Assembly: GCA_963821845.1 (NCBI GenBank)
Contig: CAWGFI010000013.1
Coordinates: 1,012-65,011 of the forward strand
Origin: an uncultured delta proteobacterium
GTDB lineage: Bacteria > Desulfobacterota > Desulfarculia > JACQYL01 > CAWGVV01
Length of the DNA: 64,000 bases
Reading direction: 5' to 3'
The stretch's first letter is position 1. Each line of letters begins with the position of its first letter. Position numbers and translations under genes: made by a program. The notes under the pieces are model-generated. The model ran no database searches. It was not told the DNA's origin and was given only the letters and a program-made list of their open reading frames with translations. Shown piece by piece: positions 9,168 through 16,213 of the stretch.

Positions 9168-9820
9168 TTATGGCTAGCTTATCTTGTGAGCCTACTCTTC
9201 TAGAACTCTGTTGTAAAGGAGATCTATACGCCGAATTGGCTTCTCGAATTTTTGGAGAAACCCGCGCTCGTGATGATGCAAAAACTCTCTTTCTGGCATA
9301 TTCATACGGCATGGGGAAAAACGGCCTAGCAAGGTTAGCATCAAGGGTTACGGGCGACCCTACTGATGTTTCACGGCTTCTTGATGAGCATTTCTTCAAT
9401 ATGTTTTCCAATGTCGAGCAATGGAAAGGTAGCCTCTATGCGGTATTAGCAAATAGTGGTCGAATCGGGACATTACTCGGCAACCATCGAAACCGATCTA
9501 AAAAGGGTCCACTAGATGCATGTGAAAGGAGATGGGCAGTGAGTCAGGTTGTCCAAGGAACTGGGGCCTTAATCCTTAAAAGGGTTATCCAAAATCTAGC
9601 TCAGCTAACCCCAGAAGCCCGGGTGCTCTTACCAATGCACGATGCTCTGCTTATCGAAATGCCGTCATTGGAAAGAGAGAAACTAACGCATGAAATAGTT
9701 GCTACACTCACTGACACATTCGTTCAAGCATGTCCAGGCACCAAGCCCGCTTTCTCACTCGAACCTTTTAGTGGAAAGCGTAGGAGTACACCAAAAACAG
9801 CATCAACCGGACGCCAATAA
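9164..9820 (+). CDS. family-A DNA polymerase-like protein, C-terminal part (palm motifs A, B, C), -1 frame relative to 8160..9167
   Basis: The frame is open from 9101. It reads 'VDYSQFEPMIMASLS' (motif A, DYSQIELR-like), 'RDDAKTLFLAYSYGMG' (motif B), 'QVVQGTGALILK' and 'LPMHDALLIE' (motif C). Confidence 0.8.
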   Translation: MIMASLSCEPTLLELCCKGDLYAELASRIFGETRARDDAKTLFLAYSYGMGKNGLARLASRVTGDPTDVSRLLDEHFFNMFSNVEQWKGSLYAVLANSGRIGTLLGNHRNRSKKGPLDACERRWAVSQVVQGTGALILKRVIQNLAQLTPEARVLLPMHDALLIEMPSLEREKLTHEIVATLTDTFVQACPGTKPAFSLEPFSGKRRSTPKTASTGRQ

Positions 9821-10278
9821 AGCCTGCCGCCCCGGTTCTGCTGGCGTTCCAGAATAATTATCCTATCTATGACTTCTAACTGGCTCTCAAATTTCAACAA
9901 TATCTTATGTATGGTCTACCTTATCAAAGGCATACCACGCCGCTATCAATCCTTACGAAACAGTAGCCTCTAAAACAAGCCATTGCCTCTCTAGATTCTC
10001 ATTTATCAAGATAGCGGACAGAAGGATATTCATTGCTTCACAACCCAACTCTACTACCGTTATCACGTCCTAGAATCGACGATCTCCCTTTCGTCCATAG
10101 TCAGACATGCATTGTTTGAAACAAACCGAATTTGTGTCTATTTTGGGCAGTTGAGTTAGATTGCAAGCAATATGTATAATTAATACAATAGCTTACTGAA
10201 TAAATTCAGGCATGCTTGATCGGCTTTGACAAGGTGATTCGTCTGAAGTGCCGCAGGACATTATCGCTCAGTATCAAG

Positions 10279-10310
10279 CCCCCCCTACAAGTGACCACTA
10301 GAGGTGGGGG
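10279..10310 (+). other. GC-stem hairpin with AAGTGACCAC loop (copy 2)
   Basis: CCCCCCC-TACAAGTGACCACTAGA-GGTGGGGG. The loop is similar to the 6088..6129 hairpin. Confidence 0.4.
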
Positions 10311-10498
10311 TAGGAGGTGTATCCGTAACCCTCTAGTATTTTGTGGGGGAAATTAGAACAGATAACGGTAGCAGTACGGTAGACAAAGCAGTTATGGATG
10401 ATAAGTGTTTAGTAAAATATGAAAATGAGTCCAGAACAGCCAAAAACCTGTTAACTATATGTGCCAAGCGCTATTACCACCAGACATTAGAGGCAACG

Positions 10499-11860
10499 AT
10501 GATGGAAAAAATAATGTATTCACAGACCAAGTGTATAATTATGACAATCGTCACGTTTGTATCGGTCATGCTATTTGGTATATCTGCGCCCGCTGCCGCC
10601 GGTACGCAATCCTGGTGGAAACAAATCGAACAGGGGAAACAGATATATGACCAAGCCTTGGATAAGATCAGCCTGTCACGAAAAGGTCAGGACGATCAAC
10701 AGAAGGAGCCGACCTCGCCCGATCCCGGAGACGCCTCCATTACAGAGGAGCAGGTTAGAGAAAGCGCTGTTGGCGTCCAAGATGGCCACTTCGATATAGA
10801 GGGCGTTTATCTAGGCATGACCGGGGAACAGATCACAAGCGTATTGCAAAAGATAGGCTACACCTCCTCCAATGATTCTATGCCTGAAAGCAAACGCAAG
10901 GCGTTATTGAATGCGAAAGGCGTTCTTCCACCGCCGCAAGGATTCCAGAAAGGGCCGATGAGAAAGCCCGGAAGTAGTTCGATTTCAATACGGTACTTAA
11001 GGATGGTAGGGGGAGGCATACCGCAGGAGAATCTACCCGCTGGAGATGTCACGATGATCGTGTTTTATATGCCTCACGCCGGAGTACATGAAGAGATATA
11101 TCAGAGATTTACAGAAAAATATGGTGAACCGGACTACTGTCGATCTCACCCGGACCAACCTCACCAAGACTGTACATGGACGAATGGCGCTGGAGAGACG
11201 CTTCAGTTACAAAGCAGACATTTCAAATGGTCATATATAAACCTGGGTTATGTATCACCACGCTCCCACGGTCGCTCTAACAACGACAACGTTGCGGTGC
11301 AAACGACAGCTCGCTCCACGTCAGCGCGGAACGCCTCAAAGTCAGACAGTGGCATGGTCGCAAACCCTGAAAGCAAGCTGAATAAGGAGGAGACAGGGCG
11401 ACAAGAGGGTCTGACGCTTGAGGGAGTGTCTCTGGGAATGCATCGTGAACAAGTCAGAGAAGTTCTGACGAACGCGGGATACACGGAATTACAGCCATTA
11501 GCGGCCGCCCATTTTCAACGACGAGATCCGGGGGCCATGAAGCCGTCTAATGTCAGTGTCAAATATGGAGGCATTGGGGGAAAAGACTTTGACCGTGTAC
11601 GGGTGGTTAGCTACCTGCTCCAGCGGCCTTCGGTGGATTGGGAGCAGAGACGCCAAGAACTCACTGCTTTATTCGGACCTCCGGATTCCTGCGCGGGTCC
11701 GGAAGCGGCGCGAACGATCGGCGAAATGAAAATGCCCATACCCGTGAAGACTGCGCCGACCTGTGTTTGGACACGGAGCCAGGATGGGCAAACACAAAAG
11801 CTGCAAGTCACTATGCTTATAACGAGCGATGCATTTGTACTGCAATATGAAGTGCAGTAG
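10499..11860 (+). CDS. secreted hypothetical protein with an internally duplicated domain
   Basis: Signal-peptide-like 'MYSQTKCIIMTIVTFVSVMLFGISAPAAAG'. There are two related modules ('EGVYLGMTGEQITSVLQKIGYTSS...CTWTNGAGETLQLQ' and 'EGVSLGMHREQVREVLTNAGYTEL...CVWTRSQDGQTQKLQ'). The upstream GTG extension to 10343 is judged unlikely. Confidence 0.6.
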   Translation: MMEKIMYSQTKCIIMTIVTFVSVMLFGISAPAAAGTQSWWKQIEQGKQIYDQALDKISLSRKGQDDQQKEPTSPDPGDASITEEQVRESAVGVQDGHFDIEGVYLGMTGEQITSVLQKIGYTSSNDSMPESKRKALLNAKGVLPPPQGFQKGPMRKPGSSSISIRYLRMVGGGIPQENLPAGDVTMIVFYMPHAGVHEEIYQRFTEKYGEPDYCRSHPDQPHQDCTWTNGAGETLQLQSRHFKWSYINLGYVSPRSHGRSNNDNVAVQTTARSTSARNASKSDSGMVANPESKLNKEETGRQEGLTLEGVSLGMHREQVREVLTNAGYTELQPLAAAHFQRRDPGAMKPSNVSVKYGGIGGKDFDRVRVVSYLLQRPSVDWEQRRQELTALFGPPDSCAGPEAARTIGEMKMPIPVKTAPTCVWTRSQDGQTQKLQVTMLITSDAFVLQYEVQ

Positions 11861-12025
11861 GACAAGAAGGCGTTTTTTCCGATCTTGACGAAGCGGTATA
11901 TCTCAAGAGCGAACTCAAGACGAGCTCTTTATTTGACAATGGAGTGGAAGCAGAACAGTATTTTGTACCATCTTTTTACCAGCTTATTTTTACGCTTAAT
12001 GATATCAGATACTTAAATAGGAACT

Positions 12026-12051
12026 TACGGGTTCAAACCCCGCCTTCGTCA
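12026..12051 (+). other. tRNA-like 3' fragment (T-arm plus acceptor strand), possible relic attachment site
   Basis: ACGGGTTCAAACCCCGCCTTCGTCA resembles T-stem/TTCAAAC loop/T-stem plus a 7-nt acceptor strand plus discriminator. No 5' half is present. Confidence 0.3.
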
Positions 12052-12467
12052 TATGAAGTCTAAAAAACTTCTCAGCATGCTACGACTGAATTAATTCCTT
12101 TATACTAGATCCCAAAAAAGCTGGCATCTGGTTGACAAAAACAACCACCTTGGCTAAAATAGATGTGTTTTCAATTAGTTATAGTGATATCCATACTGTC
12201 TAATACACCTCTTCTTTTAGCTTGAGTAGTCTCACTTCCATTTGGGTAAGTAGTTGATATATATAACAATAATGTATATCTGCCATACCAATAATCGGCA
12301 TTGGTTGTTTCTATAAAAAAGAGGCTGTAATGACAAGCCATGAAGTATACCAATCTGACGATTTTACGGATACCCTTGAAGAATAGTGATGGGAGGTCAT
12401 GCTAAATGATACTCCCACCACCTTTTGTATTTGTTACCCAGTAACCAATGTTACCGAATGTAGACCA

Positions 12468-14573
12468 TTACGCTTGGCTGAAATAATCCCATAACACTTC
12501 AACTCTTTCTTCAATAATTGGTATCTGATCGAGATCTATGGTAACATCGGTATCATCGGTAACAATATCCTCTAAAGGCAATGCTATCAAGGCTTTACGT
12601 TCGTTACCGCTATATTCTGATCCGGTAACGTCGGTAACATCTTGGTCAGTTAAATCTGATGAGGGGGTTGTTACCGTTGGTACCATTGTCTCTAATGGTA
12701 CTATGTTACCCTTGTTACCACTCTTTATAGTATATTTTCCTCTCTCTGACCGTATTATTGTTCCATCATCAGCCAGCTTCTTAAGGAGCTTTCTAATTGC
12801 ATTTTCATTTTTACCAAGCAAATCAGCAATCTCCTTAGATGTAAGTGTATCTCCAGAATCTTCCAAGACTTCAACTATCTCTATCCGTTCTTTGCTCATT
12901 GTGTATTTCTGAGCAGAACCCAAAAGAGTCCATGTCGTCATGTCTTTATCAAAGCTTAAGGCAAGCTCATTTTCTTCGACATCACGACCTGTTATGGTTA
13001 AGACTGCATCAGCCTGATTTCTTCCCCTATTCAATATAAGGATGGCATCGGCAGCGCCTGTTAGTCCTGTTGTACCTGAGACTTGATCAAGAGGATCTTC
13101 TGAACCAGATTTGCGTAAATGATGCACCACTAATAGAGCAGTACCATATTCATCAGCAAAGTTTTTCAGTTTTTCTATTGCGTTATAATCATTTGCATAA
13201 CTCAGCTTTGAATTGGTCTGCGATTCTCTTATTTTTTGCAAGGTATCAATAATGATGAGTGTCACCTCAGGATGCTTACTCTTGAATTCTTTGAGCTTTT
13301 CAATTCCTCCTGTTCCAACTTTTGGCCATTGAGTGTACAGGTACAGATTATCCGGCGCTTCAGCATCCCTGAGGATAGATTTCAGTCTATACTTTAGACG
13401 CTTATGCGTATCTTCCAATGAAATGTAGAGTACACTTTCTTGCTTTACATCTATCTCGCCCAAGGCTTTCTCTCCTTTAGCGATTGATAGCGCCAGGTTC
13501 AATGAAAGCCAGCTCTTGCCGATCTTTGGTTTGCCACAAAGAAGCGTTAAACCCTCTGGAATTATTCCCCTTACTGCCCAAACAGGTTCAGGGAAATCCA
13601 TTTTGACAAGTTCTGACGCACTATAACCGGTTGGACTTTTGTTTCCCGTGACATGTTGTTTTTTGGAAACACTTTTTGTCAGAGGGGTAGGGTTAGGTTC
13701 ATAATTCCAAGCCTGATCCAATTTTCTAAGAGCCTCTTCTTCAGGAAAAGGTGGAATGCAAGCATGCGCAGCTTGCAGAATGAATAACTTGGCCATGTCG
13801 TAAAGTGCATTAGTGCCTCGAAGGCTGCATGCGAACCGATAAAGAGTGTCGTCTCTTTGCCCTTCGGGTATCCCAAGAGGAACTTTAGAAAAGTCCCATG
13901 TGCCATCAACTTGTTTATCCTCTCCGCCTGCCGATTCGTTTGCCAAGATCGCTGCTAGACTATGAGGGATCGGAGCTATGCTCAGATTCGAGGGTGATTT
14001 CAGTATCTCCCATTCATACTGCTTTCCACTTACATGAATGCTTGGAGGTGCCACCACGTAACCGCCTTCTGAGCGAATATCCAAACCAGGCATAAAGCCA
14101 ACTTTGTTGCCTACTGCTGATTGGTCTGGTGAAAAAAACAAATGCATTCCACCACCCCCAGTCAGTGAGGTCACTGTTTCAAAAGAGCGTGTATCATCTC
14201 CGACAAGCTCATCATATGATTCCAAACCACCTGATTTTGAATCTACATCTAAGACGATGATGCCCGATTTTAAACCCGTGGCTATACCTACATTGGCCGT
14301 GGGCCATTTCCGCCACCATGCATGGATCTTATCCAGATCTTTGCTGGCGCTTTTTACCCCGTCAGGGATTAAGTCAACGTCATACCGAGGATGTTTACCA
14401 GGGCTTTTACAATCTGGTTTTCCACAAGAGCATTTTCCATCCTCTATTGTATGAAGTGGTAAAACTGACCAACCTCCACTTGCGTAGTCGAGAGCTGATT
14501 TAAACAACTGATTACGTGATGCATCAAAGCCATAATCGCTAAGATGCACCATTCCAATTTTGCTTTCTTCCAT
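12468..14573 (-). CDS. bifunctional primase-polymerase (PrimPol) / RepA-like AAA ATPase replication protein with C-terminal wHTH
   Basis: N-terminus 'GWSVLPLH...CSCGKPDCKSPGKHP...VGIATGLKSGIIVLDVD' (Prim-Pol). Walker A 'LLCGKPKIGKSWL'. 'LLVVHHLRK' RecA-like core. Confidence 0.85.
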   Translation of the reverse strand: MEESKIGMVHLSDYGFDASRNQLFKSALDYASGGWSVLPLHTIEDGKCSCGKPDCKSPGKHPRYDVDLIPDGVKSASKDLDKIHAWWRKWPTANVGIATGLKSGIIVLDVDSKSGGLESYDELVGDDTRSFETVTSLTGGGGMHLFFSPDQSAVGNKVGFMPGLDIRSEGGYVVAPPSIHVSGKQYEWEILKSPSNLSIAPIPHSLAAILANESAGGEDKQVDGTWDFSKVPLGIPEGQRDDTLYRFACSLRGTNALYDMAKLFILQAAHACIPPFPEEEALRKLDQAWNYEPNPTPLTKSVSKKQHVTGNKSPTGYSASELVKMDFPEPVWAVRGIIPEGLTLLCGKPKIGKSWLSLNLALSIAKGEKALGEIDVKQESVLYISLEDTHKRLKYRLKSILRDAEAPDNLYLYTQWPKVGTGGIEKLKEFKSKHPEVTLIIIDTLQKIRESQTNSKLSYANDYNAIEKLKNFADEYGTALLVVHHLRKSGSEDPLDQVSGTTGLTGAADAILILNRGRNQADAVLTITGRDVEENELALSFDKDMTTWTLLGSAQKYTMSKERIEIVEVLEDSGDTLTSKEIADLLGKNENAIRKLLKKLADDGTIIRSERGKYTIKSGNKGNIVPLETMVPTVTTPSSDLTDQDVTDVTGSEYSGNERKALIALPLEDIVTDDTDVTIDLDQIPIIEERVEVLWDYFSQA

Positions 14574-14594
14574 TACTATCTGGGTATCCTTTAT

Positions 14595-14888
14595 TTAAGC
14601 TGTTAAAGTTAATACTTTATGTTGTTCCATAAAGCTGATGATATCATCTAGTGCGTATCGTACCGATCTGCCAATCTTTATGAAGGGAAAGCCCCTTCTT
14701 GCTGACCGATCATTTCGAAGTGTTGGGACAGCACGTCCCGTGAGTTCCGCTACCTCGTTTTCATTGAGGTATTTCCGTTGAATCATAAAACCCAATTTCC
14801 TTTCAGAGAATGATAGGCGACCTTCATCGCCTTTGATTTTGGGGTTAATAATGTTGTGAACCATGAACGAGTCATCAATCCACGCCAA
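14595..14888 (-). CDS. AlpA/excisionase-type HTH DNA-binding protein
   Basis: 'LNENEVAELTGRAVPTLRNDRSARRGFPFIKIGRSVRYALDDIISFM'. The start is uncertain: TTG at 14888, or ATG at 14864 or 14786. Confidence 0.7.
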   Translation of the reverse strand: MAWIDDSFMVHNIINPKIKGDEGRLSFSERKLGFMIQRKYLNENEVAELTGRAVPTLRNDRSARRGFPFIKIGRSVRYALDDIISFMEQHKVLTLTA

Positions 14889-15147
14889 CTAATCACCATC
14901 ATTGTATTGAATAATCTCAGACCTCCTTTCTCGAAGTTTCGGTTGCGCTTGTGAGCTTTTCCAGTCTCTCTACCCGCCTTTGGCGGTGAGGCTCTGAAAG
15001 GACCGTCTCACGGCATGAGGTAGTGCATGAGTCATACCAAAATTAACAAAATGTTAATTATAATGGCTAAGTAGTTTATATTATGAGATTAATTAAGCGA
15101 TGCAAAATAACCAAACGTAAAATTCGGCAGTCATAATGAGTATATTA

Positions 15148-15163
15148 GTACAACAAATTGTAC
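15148..15163. promoter_or_regulatory. palindromic operator candidate GTACAA-N4-TTGTAC (copy 1)
   Basis: GTACAACAAATTGTAC in the divergent excisionase/repressor intergenic region. Confidence 0.45.
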
Positions 15164-15236
15164 CAAAGCCTTGATATACTAAATTGTATAGTAGGTGATA
15201 CAATTAACTTATTAATTTAATTGAATAAAATATGAG

Positions 15237-15252
15237 TACAAAAAATTGTACT
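15237..15252. promoter_or_regulatory. palindromic operator candidate GTACAA-N4-TTGTAC (copy 2)
   Basis: GTACAAAAAATTGTAC. Half-site-like AAATTGTA motifs also occur at about 15181, 15297 and 15438. Confidence 0.45.
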
Positions 15253-15399
15253 TGCTTTAGGAGGTTGAGCGCTAAACGCTTATCAGAGCTGAGAATAAAA
15301 TTTGTACTCTGGTTCAGTGGGGTGGGAGGGTGCTAAAATGTAAACGTATTCAGCTGCTTGTATTTAATTCTGCTGAGGGCTACATGGTTGCATAGGTTA

Positions 15400-15428
15400 T
15401 TGACAACCTAATTAATATATTGTAAAGT
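15400..15428 (+). promoter_or_regulatory. sigma-70-type promoter candidate for the CI-like repressor gene
   Basis: TTGACA (15400..15405), a 17-nt spacer, then TAAAGT (15423..15428). An AAATTGT half-site lies just downstream. Confidence 0.35.
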
Positions 15429-15460
15429 GTAAATAACAAATTGTTAGCGGAGGCTTAAGC

Positions 15461-15877
15461 ATGTCATATAGTAAAGGTCGTATGGGTAAGAGCATGGATA
15501 AAGACGTTGTGGAGGACATCATCAAGCGTATGATGAAAACGCTGAATGTGGATACTCAGCAGCAGCTTGCCGACTATTTAGGACGTGAGAGCGCTGGCAT
15601 TACTCAATGGAAAACGAGAGGCAAGATACCGCTCACTGTTCTCAGCGACTTTTCGAAATCACAGAAAGTCTCTATTGATTGGCTCATGACAGGTGTGCAT
15701 GTCTTTCCTGAAGGCAAGCCTAACCTCTTGACCGATTCGGATCTGGAGTATTTCCCTGCCGCTGTGGAAGTTGTCAAGGCTATCAAGATGAAGAACTATC
15801 CTCTGCTCAAAAAGATTTTGGAGTATGCGTTAGGTGAAGTGGATAGACTGATGGAAGAGCAAAGGCAATCTAAATAA
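15461..15877 (+). CDS. phage CI-repressor-type HTH protein
   Basis: 'TQQQLADYLGRESAGITQWKTRGKIPLTVLSDFSKSQKVSIDWLMTG' matches the bacteriophage CI repressor N-terminal HTH pattern. GGAGG SD upstream. Confidence 0.75.
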   Translation: MSYSKGRMGKSMDKDVVEDIIKRMMKTLNVDTQQQLADYLGRESAGITQWKTRGKIPLTVLSDFSKSQKVSIDWLMTGVHVFPEGKPNLLTDSDLEYFPAAVEVVKAIKMKNYPLLKKILEYALGEVDRLMEEQRQSK

Positions 15878-16010
15878 CCACATCAGGCAAGTCCATTGGG
15901 ATTCCTTTTACCGCTTTGTGGTGGACTTGGAGTTCGAGGGCAAAGGTAGCTGCACGTCCTTCCAAATCAGTGGGAAAATTGCAATCAGGGTAGCTATAGG
16001 GTAGCGAAGC

Positions 16011-16046
16011 TAAAAAGGGGCCACAGCCTTATCGCTGTAACCCCTT
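16011..16046 (-). terminator. hairpin plus T-tract downstream of tRNA-Arg (element-borne terminator)
   Basis: Minus strand reads AAGGGG-loop-CCCCTTTTTAGC, directly after the tRNA 3' end. Confidence 0.5.
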
Positions 16047-16054
16047 GATTTTAT

Positions 16055-16131
16055 TGGTACGCCTGACAGGATTCGAACCTGTGGCCTGCGGATTAGAAGT
16101 CCGCTGCTCTATCCAGCTGAGCTACAGGCGC
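16055..16131 (-). tRNA. tRNA-Arg (anticodon TCT), CCA encoded
   Basis: The reverse complement folds as GCGCCTG/TA/GCTC-AGCTGGATA-GAGC/A/GCGGA-CTTCTAA-TCCGC/AGGCC/ACAGG-TTCGAAT-CCTGT/CAGGCGT/A/CCA. Its 3' 47 nt (16057..16103) are the island direct repeat. Confidence 0.95.
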
Positions 16132-16213
16132 GTGGTGTTACCTTTTAGCAGACTCCTTGCGTCCGATCAAGGCCATGTGAGGGCGCCCAAGCGCCTCCCG
16201 TTGGTCCCGAGGT

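Noticed and set aside
10343-10498. GTG-initiated N-terminal extension of the secreted-protein ORF.
   Set aside because: The extension precedes an obvious signal peptide that begins at the Met cluster 10499..10516, which has an AGAGG SD.
12171-12353. 60-aa minus-strand ORF in the island's central gap.
   Set aside because: It is AT-rich and Tyr/Thr/Phe-heavy, as expected from random AT-rich sequence. No SD is present.
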